Origin: Eledone cirrhosa
Lineage: Eukaryota
Reading direction: 5' to 3'
Assembly: GCA_964016885.1 (NCBI GenBank)
Contig: OZ024743.1
Coordinates: forward strand, 217,372,001 to 217,436,000
DNA length: 64,000 nucleotides
This document shows, one piece after another, positions 13,997 through 27,758 of this stretch. Positions within the stretch are counted from its first letter, which is position 1, and each line of letters begins with the position of its first letter. Under the pieces are notes generated by a model. That model did not search any database, was not told the origin of the DNA, and was given only the letters and a program-made list of their open reading frames with translations. A program made the translations under genes and the position numbers.

Positions 13997-14476
13997 AATA
14001 ATAATAATGGTTTCTGATTTAAGCAGAAGGTAACAATTCTGGGAGATAAGAAAATCATCTAAAAGGACCAGAGTACGTTTATTTTATAGACCACCGCCAT
14101 TCGTATATTCCCGTTTAATCATTATAATCTCCAGTATCATTATCGTTTTAGAGGATCAACATGTCCTCATCAGCGTTTTCCTCGTCATCATCATCATCAA
14201 AATCATCACCGTCACCATCCTCATTATTATCTTCACCATTACCATTATTATCATCATCGTCATCATCATCATTATATTCTTCGAACAAAAGCACCCCACC
14301 AACATTATTATCATTATCAACATCATCATTATCACCAATAGAACAACCATCATCATCACCATCGATTGCGACTCCATCATTATTATAATAATCATCAGGA
14401 TATTAATAACTATATTATTCATGATGTCAGAAAAAAGGATTACTGAAGTGAAAGTAAGGTCAGTAACAGAAGTGGC

Positions 14477-14532
<56 letters not shown>

Positions 14533-14647
14533 CATCAACGGCATTTATCTTCACCATCAACATCACCATCATCATCCCCGTCATCTTATTCAATCTTCTT
14601 ATCACCACCATATTCTTCATCGTTTCCATTTATAGCTTGGATATCAA

Positions 14648-14825
14648 TTTGGCAGTATCGGTAGAGGGTCGGACATGCTTTCCAGCATAGTTACGTCCCT
14701 TTATGATGTGAGTTCAAATCCCGCCGAGGTTAACTTTGCCTTTCATCCATACGGGGTCGATAAAATAAAGTACCAGTAATGTACTGGTTAATTGCTGGCC
14801 TTGTGCCTAAAGTAGAAACAATTAT
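14648..14825 (+). mobile_element. SINE family A
   Basis: Full-length match; inverted relative to the 13815 copy ~650 bp away. Confidence 0.9.
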
Positions 14826-16920
14826 TTATTAAGAAATTATATTAAATAGTTTTTCAAAGGATAAACAATACCTTACTTACAGAATAAAGTAGAAACAATC
14901 AATAGACAATGTATATAAACGACACTGTAAGATCTACTACTACTACTACCACCACCACCACCGCTACCACCACCACCACCATCACTAATGTTTCTATTGC
15001 AACTGAATAAGAAGTCTGTCCAAGAAGATTGCAACGTCGTTTTCTCCATGGGAAATAATGACAAAAGTGTGCAACGTGTACCGGCATAAGTGCAAATGCC
15101 TGCGTCCATTTTGAGGTGCTCACTCAATGCGTCAAACAGCCAGCGAATGAGATGTTGCATTCTTTACTCGTCGCATTTTCATTTCACCTGTAATGAAGCT
15201 ATGAGTTTAGAGCAGCGACATTACTTCTAGAATACTAAACAGAAACAATCGCAATACTCAACAGGCTTTTCTCGACAATGCCATAAGTATAATACAAAAG
15301 AAAATATAGCACAATAGATTCAATGATGGCTGCATATGGATAGAAAAGGAGCTGCGTTCAGGGAGGCCGTTTATATGCCGCAATGGTGTTGTTAGCGCTA
15401 ATGTGCTTAACTTGATAACTGTGACTAGTAGTATGATGCATGCTAATACTGCAGGAAGCCACGAGTCTATGATTCTACCTCACGTTATCCGATCAATCAT
15501 GCAGTCGATATAAAAATGGGTTATGGGCACTACTCTTCGTTCTCTGATTAAAGCCATAAAAACGTGTCTAAAATTTAAAACATGCGTGTGAACGTTAATA
15601 TTGATGTCAGTGTATGTCAATGTTTCATAAAATTGTATGCATGGATATACATGATTTCTTTTTGTATATGGATATGTTTTCCTGTGTCTAGTAGTCTGTG
15701 TGTATTATTGTGTGTGAATGTATATTAGTATATCCATACGCACTCATACGAGCCTTTCTATGTATCTATATGTGTATATGTTTCTTAGTAAACCTGTTTA
15801 CGCGTTTGTGGTTTCTGAGTTATTGGATTTTGTACGTGTATTTCTCTGTTTTCTGCGTACATTAATTCCAGCATATGAATGAATATATGTGCATGTGTGT
15901 GGTTCACTCTTAATGAATCGGTTTGCACGAGATTTTGGGGCTTTTTTTTCATATATTACGTCTAGATTAATGTGCACATTATATGATTATTTCTATGTAC
16001 GCACACAAATAAGTGTGTATGTGTTCTGTACATACGTTTGTGTGGATATATGTTGTTCCTGAATATATATGTGTCTAATTCTGCACTGATAAAAACTACA
16101 TCCATTGCGAAAATAACAATCGGATTTCTAAAAATGGAAAAAAAATATTGTTTAATATTTTCGTGCAGACCTGCAATTTCCTGTGTTGCTTTTTAATGCA
16201 GTTTGACATTATATAACATTATTGCTGTTCGCCTGTTGATATTTACAAGTTGCATGACTGGAAATAATTTTTTCTATGTATTCACCCCGTGAAACGTAAA
16301 TACATGCATACATCTTTCAACAGACAAATACGACTGTTCATACTGGCTACCAATTTAAAGATTTCTTTCATCTTAATGGATGTTATTAATTAATTTCTTA
16401 ATTAATTAATAATGGTATGGGGTAGGATTATCAGCTGGATTTCAGATTAGATATAGTTTACCAAATTTAGGTCTGGGTGTTAATGCCGTTTAGTAATAAA
16501 CTATATAATTTTATAATTCCACAACTCAAGCATCTCCTAGAAAAGAGGCAGCCCCGGAAATTGTTCATCCATAAACAGAAACAGAGTCAATAGTTTCTAC
16601 TAGCGGGACGACTTCACTCGTGTAAAAACCGATCAATCTGTTATGTAAACTCTACAAAAATATCGCCCTACCAATATCACTTTTGGAAGGAGTCCATTGT
16701 GAACTACTGTCGAAAGAAGTTTTGTCTGGTCTTTAATATTTATGAAATCCTCGAAATTCAATCAAAATGAATGTGCGATTTGGGAAAGAACAGGACTTCT
16801 ATTTCTGGCAGTAATGTTTGTTTTAAAGAAGGATTATTTGTCTGATAGGTCAAGTGAACACGTAAATGCCTTGAGTGACGTTAGTAAATTGTATGTCGGG
16901 CATTTTGTAGCATGTGAATG

Positions 16921-17058
16921 CGCATGGCTTAGTGGTTAGAGCATTGGGCTTGCAATCGAAAGGTTGTGAGTTCAATTCTCGGACCGGGTGATGTGTTGTT
17001 TCCTTGAGCAAGACACTTTATTTCACGTTGCTCCAGTTTACTCAGCTGTAGAAATGAG
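16921..17058 (+). mobile_element. tRNA-derived SINE with CORE-like domain
   Basis: TGGCTTAGTGGTTAG (A box), GAGTTCAATT (B box), then TCCTTGAGCAAGACACTT...CAGTTTACTCAGCTGTAGAAATG, resembling the CORE domain. Confidence 0.7.
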
Positions 17059-18271
17059 ATGATAAGACTGGGGTCCCTATCATTAAATCACCCAAGACAC
17101 CTCTAACGAGATATACCTTGGAGGAGGCCAGCTAAAACTACATAGGTGTGAGCTGTCACACACACACACGCACACACACACACACATGTTGTAGCTCTTT
17201 AGTGGATATATGGCTAGTTATCTGAATAGCGCTGGAAGTGGTTATGAATTTGGGATGACCTTATCGGAACCTTTATTTTGGGACACTTTTTATATCTCTA
17301 ATCCTTCAATTTTAAATATTACACTGTGTCTCCAGATAAAATATTATGTTAAATCATGTTTATCTTGATAAATCAATCCTACAAATATATCATTTCGGAA
17401 TGTTAGAGGTGCAAACACCGGGAGTGACTGTCCGTTTGTGATATAGAACATTTACTTAAATCAGAAATATTGGTCATGAAAGGTTTAAAGATGAATTTAT
17501 TAAATTTTGAAACTGATATGTGTGAGTATGCTTATATATATATATATATAATTACGCGTGTGTGTATGTGTGTGTATCGGCTGAATACATAGATGAAGGG
17601 GTAGACATCAATGAACTCTGGGAGAATAAGAGAGATATATAGACGGTCAGGTCACAAATGCATTTTCAATTAAGTGCAGAGTGCTGCAGGGCGATATTTT
17701 GTAGCAACACTTTACTGTTGAAAAAAACAATCAGAATCGGAGGAGATAGAATTTAATGTATTTTAGCATATTGTACTAATTATATTGTTTTTTTGTAATG
17801 AAATATCAAACATACAATGAATTATATATATGTATGTGTGTGTGTGGGGGGGGGGGGGGTTATTTATATCTAGATTCGAAGTTCTAGTTCTGCCGAGGTT
17901 AGCTTTACCTTTCATATTTAAGGCTCGATAAAGTAAAGTGCCAGTAACGCACTGGTGCCGACTTAACCAATTTTCTACTTCCCTTTAAATTGCGGGTTTT
18001 TTGCAAAAACTAGAAACGAATATTTACATATTTTCTACATCAACATTTTATGCAGGTTAGTATGAAAACTTAAACGAGTAACAGATCTTCCATCGTTTTA
18101 TTCTATTTCTATGTTATTTTGATTTTTAGTCATTTCGTGTTTATATATTTTTACTTTTTACCATGAAACTCATATACATAAATATGTGTGTATATGTGTT
18201 TGCCTGTATATATAAGGTTTAGGTGTTATAACGTATTTTACTCCCCCATTGCGGCCATCAGTAAGTATCTG

Positions 18272-18344
<73 letters not shown>

Positions 18345-19959
18345 AGTGTATGACTGTTTGTGCGAGTGTTATGTGCTATGGACACAATTTAACTGAAGTT
18401 TGTTGTAATACAAAAGAGAATATGATTTGTTAGACTCTAAAACGTTAAGCTATATAATGGAGATACGTGTTTAGAGTGTTGCAAAAAGAAATCTTTCAGC
18501 TGCATGTTTTAGAATATCCAATTCTACAATCCAATTAGAGCAGTCATGACGAGATATACACATAAGGAGTAAATTAAAATAGCCAACCTCCGAAATTGGG
18601 TGCTAGAAATTCTCAGCTGGTGTCAGGTTTAATATATTTCTTATCCAAACCTTATGCAATTGGGAAGGCGATAACGTAATGTAAAAGGGGTAGACATGTG
18701 AAAATCCAATCTAAGAGAACGGCGAGTTTATTGAGTTGCTTATGAACTTGTCTAAATTAACTGTCCGCTTTTGAACTTGCCAAAAGCATTTCACTCATTC
18801 CAATTCTTTTCTATTTTCTTTTTCATTTGCTATCTAAGCTGATGTCGTATTCATCTACTTTAGATGATATCCCATAGTGAAGCGCAAAAATGCAGTTTTC
18901 ATAACAACATAGTGGCCATTGCATGTTTAATAAATTATTATTGCTTACATTGACATTAATTGTCATTGTAAGCAAAATGGGGAGCCATCACGAGAGACTG
19001 GACTGCCGGGAATGCCAAGTGTGCTAACACACGTTTGCTGGCATTCGGATGACGGTTTCGTAATGAGAACAATCTAACAATGATAGAGATGACGGATAGA
19101 GATGCTCAAGATAAACATCGCGTGTTGAGAAACTTTACGTCTAAATGAAAATGTGACACCACTTATAAACTCAATAGCATGCACATATATAATCGAAAAC
19201 ATATGGAGCATACATTTGTCAAGGGAATATATATATGTATCAACCGTACTAAGAGTGAGAAATGAAATTTCATTTTTTCCATATATATATATATATGCAT
19301 AATTAGAGAGACCAGATAGAATCATGGAAATGTAGATAGATCAAATCATTTCGTTTACAGACATTCAATATATATTTACACACATGAAATAGTATGTATC
19401 GTGCGTTCGTCTACATACATACATATATGCAAACATATTTACATACAGACACACAAGAACTTCTCTCCAACACCTCCCTTTATTTTTCGCTGCTGCCTGT
19501 TTATGCTTTCTCATTCTGACACCTTCTCCCCCCGCCTCTCTCTCTCTTTCTCTCTGCCACCCTCTTTTCAATCTATTCACATTTCGTCCTCTTTCTTGCC
19601 CTGTGTCAATAACAGGGTGAAAATTATTACATAGCAAATATAATTCGCCCAAGTTGAATTGAATAATTGATCACTAATCATTTTTCTTGTACAGACTGAT
19701 TGAGAAGTCCAATCAAATGAGTGTAGTCTTTAGGACTATACAGTAAACTAATAATGCTTGGTATATTCTATACATTGACAGTAATTTAAGTATAGTTTGT
19801 AATTATTTTTCTAGATAGGGATACTTAAATATTGCCGCTAAGGTTTTCCACGATTCCATTAATTACCTGGAACTGAGAACAACAAGCTAACAATATACTT
19901 CTTCATTTAAGTACACGCTAGTTTTACTCTAAATATTAAACATTAATATTCAGTAGTGT

Positions 19960-20138
19960 ATTGGCAGTATCGGTAGAGGGTCGGGCGCGATGCTTTGAAG
20001 CAGAGAATTACCTCCCTTTATGGTCTGAGTTCAAATCCCGCCGAGGTTAACTTTGCCTTTCATCCATACGGGGTCGATAAAATAAAGTACCAGTAATGCA
20101 CTGGGATAATTGGTGGCCTTGTGTCAAAAGTAGAAACA
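19960..20138 (+). mobile_element. tRNA-derived SINE (family A) with 18-bp TSD
   Basis: A-box-like TGGCAGTATCGG, B-box GAGTTCAAATCC and body GCCGAGGTTAACTTTGCCTTTCATCC...GTCGATAAAATAAAGTACCAG. TSD ATTAATATTCAGTAGTGT at 19942-19959 and 20139-20156. Confidence 0.9.
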
Positions 20139-20254
20139 ATTAATATTCAGTAGTGTGATCGTCGAATATTGAACGCTTGGAGCTAGACTGAAAGGGGTAT
20201 TTTGTATTTATTTATTTATTTTTGCTTCTAGTCAATCTTAACACACACCGACAC

Positions 20255-20305
<51 letters not shown>

Positions 20306-21819
20306 GTAATAATAATAAATTTGAAGACTAAAATCCAAAGAGGGCTCGATAAGGATAAATATATATCAGATATATAAGCACCGTAGAGCAAATATTTATT
20401 AAAATAACAGATTAAAGTTTAAGCAAAGAATCGCTGCTTTCACCCTTAACGGGATCTTCTGAAACTTACAAAGTCAATCTGTAAACGCAGAAGTGGATAT
20501 TTCAAAAAACGTTGCAACCGGAGGAAGTCAGGAAGACGATACTTTGGTTCGTGGAAACGTTCCCTGGCAAAGAACGGGAAAAAACGAATATAATACGTCA
20601 TTAATAGGAGCGGGGAAAAACAATTACGCGCAAAGACAGAACCACGTTTATGGTATAAAAGAGGTCGTAGACTAATGTTCTCTTATGTGGTTCATAGAGA
20701 CGTTCTCTGGCAATGAACGAAAAAAACGAAGATAATACGTCATATGTGGAGCGTGGAGAACAATTGCACGCAAAACAAAACCACGTAAAAGGTATAGCAG
20801 AAGTCGTAGACTAAAATTCTAACGAGGAGACCGAATGAATCTCCGCTTCAGAGTTAAGAACAAAGTAAATAAATACAATACAGAGGTAATAGAAATTAAA
20901 TAAATACATACACACATACAAATACGTACATACACAAGCATACGCGAAAACACTTACCATAGGTATACAAAACCACGCATATATAAATATGTGTGTGTGT
21001 GTATGCGTGTATACAAATAAATAAATAATTAAATAAACGTATATAAATAAATACATACGTATATAACAAGCGCGCACACATACCTACATGTAAATACACA
21101 AATGTTCGGAGACGTAAGTCAAACAAAACATGAAGTACACATATACACACACCCTACATACGTACGAACCTGCATACTCACACAGACGCAAGACTCCCGG
21201 ATACACATAACCAAACCATATGTACCAGAATATGTGCGTGGTTTTGTATACCTATGGTAAGTGTTTCGCGTATGTTTGTGTATGTACGTATTTGTATGCA
21301 TGTATGTATTTATTTAATTTCTATTACCTCTGTATTGTATTTATTTACTTTGTTCTTAACTCTGAAGCGGAGATTCATTCGGTCTCCTAGTTAGAATTTT
21401 AGTCTACGACTTCTGCTATACCTTTTGCGTAGTTTTGTCTTTGCGTGCAATTGTTCACCACGGTCCACATATGATGTATTATCTTCGTTTTTTTTCGTTC
21501 ATTGCCAGAGAACGTCTCTATGAACCACCTAAGAGAACATTAGTCTACGACCTCTTTTATAACATAAACGTCGTTCTGTCTTTGCGCGTAATTGTTTTTC
21601 ACCGCTCCTATTAATGACGTTTATATTCATTTTTTCCCGTTCTTTGCCAGGGAACGTTTCCACGAACCAAAGTATCGTCTTCCTGTCTTCCTCCGGTTGC
21701 AACGTTTTTGAAATATCCACTTCTGCGTTTACAGATTGACTTTGTTAGTTTCAGAAGATCCCGTTAAGGGTGAAAGCAGCGATTATTTGCTTAAACTTTA
21801 ATGTTATTTTAATAAATAT
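20306..21819. mobile_element. Non-coding fold-back element (PLE-derived-like) with ~590 bp inverted arms
   Basis: 20392-~20982 is the reverse complement of ~21230-21819 with scattered mismatches. Each arm holds an internal ~130-140 bp tandem duplication and a vestigial CAGAAGA-TCCC GTTAA GGG T-GAAA motif; TA tracts lie on both sides. Confidence 0.75.
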
Positions 21820-21836
21820 ATATATATATATATATA

Positions 21837-24800
21837 TTAGGGTAAACATTGATGCAATTCAATTCAAGCACTCAACGTACTTTTTCCACATAGGAGTGAC
21901 GGAGTAAATATCGTATAAAGAAAAGAGAAGTAGTTTCAGATCTTCAAATTCTTTAATATTAAGGCTGTGATATATATTTCAGTGACGACACTGGCCACAC
22001 TGTTCTGTGTGCGAGTGTCGTGTCATCATCAGACAGCTTGTTACATAATAAGGTTATGTTTCCGAGGCAATCCAAATTGGATCGACAAGGGAACGGATGA
22101 ATTGCGTGTTTTGGGCTTTTTCATCCGCTCCCTTGTCAGTACCGATTCACCCCCACCGGCCTGCGCAAGCGCATGTCCGAAGGAAGTTGACCATTCGCCA
22201 CCGCAGACTTCAACGAAATTTGCTTAGTCAGTTCAACCCGTCATCCAAAACAATAGCCCACCAATGCCTGTACCATATTTTACTGCTACCCATCACGGCT
22301 GTGGCAGTCAGCCGAGAGCCAGAGGTGATGGGAGAGGGTTAGTTTTTACAGGTCATAATACTACCCCTCACTAAGCGTTGACGTCACGACTGACCATCAC
22401 CTTATAAGGGAAAATAAACTTATTCTAGGTATCATGGTTTTACGTTGGAAGTTAAGAGTGAGGGTTGGAAATAAAAATTAAAATCCTAAATCAAATATCA
22501 GAAACTATAAATTAAACAATTAAGAAATTAACAATTAGAAATTAAAGAATTAAAAAATGGAATTAAGAAAAGAAGTTAAAAAATTCTTTTCAGGTGATAA
22601 TTCGGATTGAGGTGAGTAAATAATATGGAGAGAGATGTTTAAGTAATATTTTCTGAGTCGGATTCTAGTGTCACAGTTACTCTATCGACATATTGAACGA
22701 CAGTGTCGTACATTATAACTACAGGGCTCCAGGCACTAGTGGGTCTGGTACACAGTCCTAATTTCCATCACATGGAACAAAATCAAAGAAAAACAGACAT
22801 AAAGTACACAAAAGAAAGAACAGAACCAATAGTGAATAAATGCAAAAACACAGAGTACATATATGCAGAATGATCCATATGATTGTCCATCTGTCCATGT
22901 ACAGATTGAATTGAGGGTCCTCTGTTCAAATGCGATTTGGTGCAGGAAAATAGGGGTTTATCCTATTATTTGTTTCCGCGTATTTATCCTGCCGAAAGTT
23001 ATTATTATGCCCGTCCAGTGTAAGGGGCCTCCATCCCCATGGTATAGGGAATTTCCGGGGTAGCTTATGGTTGGTTCATCTCTTCTCCACCATATCGGTT
23101 ACATCGTAAAGCGCTCAACTAATTGGAGCTAAATTATTAGGGTAAATATTGATGCAATTCAATTCAAGCACTCAACGTACTTTTTCCACATAGGAGTGAC
23201 GGAGTAAATATCGTATAAAGAAAAGCGAAGTAGTTTCAGATCTTCAAACCTTTAATAATAATGCTGTGATATATATTTCAGTGACGACACTGGCCACACT
23301 GTTCTGTGTGCGAGTGTCGTGTCATCATCAGACAGCTTGTTACATAATAAGGTTATGTTTCCGAGGCAATCCAAATTGGATCGACAAGGGAACGGATGAA
23401 TTGCGTGTTTTGGGCTTTTTCATCCGTTCCCTTGTGAGTACCAATTCGCCCCCACCGGCCTGCGCAAGCGCATGTCCGAAGGAAGTTGACCATTCGCCAC
23501 CGCAGACTTCAACGAAATTTGCTTAGTCAGTTTACCCCGTCATCCAAAACAATGGCCCACCAATGCCTGTGCCATATTTTACTGCTACCCATCACGGCTG
23601 TGGCAGTCAGCCGAGAGCCAGAGGTGATGGGAGAGTGTTAGTTTTTACAGGTCATAATACTACCCCTCAATTCAATCTATACATGGACTGATGGACAATA
23701 ATATGGATCATTTTGCATATATGTACTCTGTGTTTTTTCATTTATTCACTATTGGTTCTGTTCTTTTCTTTTGTGTACTTTATGTCTGTTTTTCTTTGAT
23801 TTTGTTCCATGTGATGGAAATTAGGACTGTGTACCAGACCCACTAATGCCTGGAGCCCTGTAGTTATAATGTACGACACTGTCGTTCAATATGTCGATAG
23901 AGTAACTGTGACACTAGAATCCCTCTCAGAAAATAACACTTAAACATCTCTCTCCATGTTATTTACTCACCTCAATCCGAATTATCACCTGAAAATAATT
24001 GTTTTAATTCTTTTCTTAATTCCTTTTTTTAATTCTTTAATTTCTAATTGTTAATTTCTTAACTGTTTAATTTATGATTTCTGATATTTGATTTAGGATT
24101 TTAATTTTTATTTCCAACCCTCGCTCTTAACTTCCAACGTAAAACCATGATACCGAGAATAAGTTTATTTTCCCTTATAAGGTGATGGTCAGTCGTGACG
24201 TCAACGCTTAGTGAGGGGTAGTATTATGACCTGTAAAAACTAACACTCTCTCATCCCCTCTTGCTCTCAGCTGACTGCCACAGCAGTGATGGGTAGCAGT
24301 AAAATATGGCACAGGCATTGGTGGGCCATTGTTTTGGATGACGGTGTGAACTGACTAAGCAAATTTCGTTGAAGTCTGCGGTGACGAATGGTCAACTTCC
24401 TTCGGACATGCGCTTGCGCAGGCCGGTGGGGGTGAATTGGTACTGACAAGGGAGCGGATGAAAAAGCCCAAAACACGCACTTCATCCGTTCCCTTGTCGA
24501 TCCAATTTGGATTGCCTCGGAAACATAACCTTATTATGTAACAAGCTGTCTGATGATGACACGACACTCGCACACAGAACAGTGTGGCCAGTGTCGTCAC
24601 TGAAATATATATCACAGCATTATTATTTGGTGGCTTGGCAGTATCGGTAGAGGGTCGGACGCCATGCTTTCCAGCATAGTTACGTCCCTTTGCGGTCTGA
24701 GTTCAAATCCCACCGAGGTTAACTTTGCCTTTCATCCTTACGGGGTCGATAAAATAAAGTACCAGTAATGCACTGGGTAATTGATGGCCTTGTGCCAAAA

Positions 24801-24861
24801 GTAGAAACAATTATTATTAAAGGATTTGAACATTTGAAACTACTTCTCTTTTCTTTATACG

Positions 24862-24865
<4 letters not shown>
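21837..24865. mobile_element. Non-coding 1300-bp unit in partial tandem plus inverted copy (PLE-type architecture)
   Basis: Unit 21837-23136 repeats from 23137 to 23669 (period exactly 1300). It then switches at CCCTCA microhomology to an inverted copy running to ~24865, interrupted by a SINE. Both outer ends abut (TA)n. Confidence 0.85.
24628..24812 (+). mobile_element. SINE family A nested in the 1300-bp element
   Basis: Full-length; inserted into an ATTATT run, with the host element resuming afterwards. Confidence 0.9.
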
Positions 24866-24921
<56 letters not shown>

Positions 24922-25246
24922 AGGTTGATGGAAGCATTTCTGAAGTGATGGGAGGGCAAATTTGGTCAATTCAGTTCTAGTGATTAAATTAGCTGTTTGA
25001 CTTCTAAGATGGTCAGAAAACTTCGATATGTGATAAACATAAATTCTAGCGCATATCCAAATAGATATGTGCTTTGGTAGTTTTGGGAGAAAATATCATT
25101 ATTGAAGCGAGGCCATGTATCCACCCCTGCAGTTCCAACGCCATTTTTTGTTAAATATATGCTCTGTGCCCTTTCCTAAGGGGTTAATATATCGAGCTTC
25201 TTCGCATTTGGTAAGAAACTGGTATTATACCCAATTTAGTTATCTC

Positions 25247-25323
<77 letters not shown>

Positions 25324-25382
25324 ATATATATATATATATATGAATACATTCATTTCTTTATGGCTATTGGTGAGCTTTATCA

Positions 25383-25421
25383 CTCTAAAGTTTCACCTGT
25401 GCACTCACAGGATCACCAGTC
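25383..25421 (-). ncRNA. Degenerate hammerhead-like motif
   Basis: Minus: CTGGTGA-T CCTGTG AGTG CACAGG T-GAAA-CTT-TA. Stem II is perfect but stem I is not evident; the tail points into (TA)n. Confidence 0.4.
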
Positions 25422-25835
25422 TTTCTTGTAAGTACGTAGATGAGACGCCAGAGTAACAAGGCTGAGCGATAATAAATTAATATTTAAACTCTATTTCGTT
25501 ATTGAATTTTCATTTTTACGTCCGTCAATAATTCAAGTACTCTCAAGTATTCAATAATCGTACCCACTTCCTATTTAATAATTTGTCTGAATCCCCCACC
25601 ACACGCCTGGTTTTTATTCCACACCACCCCACCTGCTTATTAAATTTTGCTAGTCTATCTCCGGCGAAATTTTATTTGATTTTAAGTTATTCATATTGAT
25701 ACAGCAGCTGGAGAATCAAAATAATCAAAATAATTAAAATAACTCAATAATCAGAGCCACTTAACAAATTACAAAATATGAGGATATAATAGACAAAAAT
25801 ATATAGCGATGTTATATATGTATCTTTGATTACCT

Positions 25836-25908
<73 letters not shown>

Positions 25909-26568
25909 CTTCTGCACATATACGTTATACATTACATTCATTCATACATACATAGTTATTCAATTCGACATGCATATATGAAATTCTCTGAGTGAAATAT
26001 AGGTCATATATTGTTACTTTCTTGGACAAACCCTATTTATATGTGAATATATTTGTTAGTATCTGTACTCTGAAATACAACATTCGCACACAAACGGGTC
26101 AGCGCTCGGACTCGCTAACAGATTCAGAGGCTCTATATACACCTCGAGTACATTGTTATCAAGGCAAATCGACTAAGCTATATGCCTATATAAAATAATA
26201 GATCCACCTATATACGCTTTCAATAACATTTATATATATATTAATATCTATACATGCAGATATTGTGTAGCTAACAATATTTCTTGGAGATGTTTAACTG
26301 TTAAAACTGTTAGACAGCGCCAAGTTGTCTCAGAGGAAAGGAATTGCCTACAGTACACAGGTTAAGGTAATTGGCTGTGATCCTACATCAACAAATAGAA
26401 TAGTTTGACGGTAAAATACCAAAACATACAGGAGGGAAGTATTGCTATTGAAACCACTTTCTAGGTTCTTGTAATTTATTCATAATTATTATGCATAGTC
26501 ACATATTTACAGATACGCACACACAGAGACATACATGAACACATACACACATATCTATCTATCTATCT

Positions 26569-26678
<110 letters not shown>

Positions 26679-26766
26679 ACGTATATATTTATATTTATAT
26701 ATATAACAGGTATTTGTGTAACTGACAAAATATTATGCATTTGTGAGTGAATATATATATATATAT

Positions 26767-27020
26767 GGTGGCTGCCAACTCGTTTTCGAGTACGGCCACT
26801 ACTTTATATTCATGTAGGAGAACCCCTACCGATGCGCTGAACGAGTGTGACTTTTTAGTCCAGCCAGCGACTTGAACACTCTGGTACAAACACTACACTT
26901 GTGACAATTATTGACACAGTGCTAGGCCCATGGTACCATGTGACGACAAGTGCAGAGAGATCTCTAGATATAAAGCAATGCCTGTGCCGTGAAGCTTTTA
27001 TAGTGAGCAAAGGCACTGCA
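26767..27020 (-). mobile_element. 5'-truncated copy of the RTE-like element
   Basis: Matches the first ~250 bp (plus strand) of the 40934 copy, i.e. the 3' end if the element is on the minus strand. Confidence 0.7.
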
Positions 27021-27478
27021 TACATGCCTACATGCATACATGCATACATACATATGTATCTACATACATATATACATACATGCATACATACTTCATACAT
27101 ACACATATACATAATACCACACACATACACAAACATATACATACATAAATATGGTGGATTGTGGGAGTGAGAGTATGTATCTACGTGTCACTGTGAAATT
27201 TGATTAATGATTTAATGGTACTGGAATGTGGAAACATTAATTATTTTATACATATATATCTGGTTTATTAAATATAGAAGGTGACTGCGTGCAAATTCTA
27301 ATTATTATTTTATTCATTTATGCTTCATTCTTGCTATTCTACCTACCATACGTATTATTTTTCATTTAGTCATTTCTTCTCGTTTAGATTAAATTACCAC
27401 CTAAATATCTGTAAAAACTCCTCAAAATGAATGCTAGCTATGTAGGATTATGTTATTAGAATACACACACATAGATAC

Positions 27479-27579
<101 letters not shown>

Positions 27580-27685
27580 TTTATACACACATATAATACA
27601 CACAGACATATGGAATGGTGAAAATGTATGCAAGGTTGTCAACAACAGTAAATGTAATAGTATAAATCTTAATAGCAGCAGCAGC

Positions 27686-27758
<73 letters not shown>

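Noticed and set aside
16921-16990. tRNA gene
   Set aside because: A and B boxes are present but run into a SINE body with no acceptor stem; the same holds for family A heads.
21967-24615. 86-aa ORF MIYISVTTL... present three times
   Set aside because: It has a GTG start and no recognisable domain; conservation simply reflects recent duplication of the 1300-bp unit.
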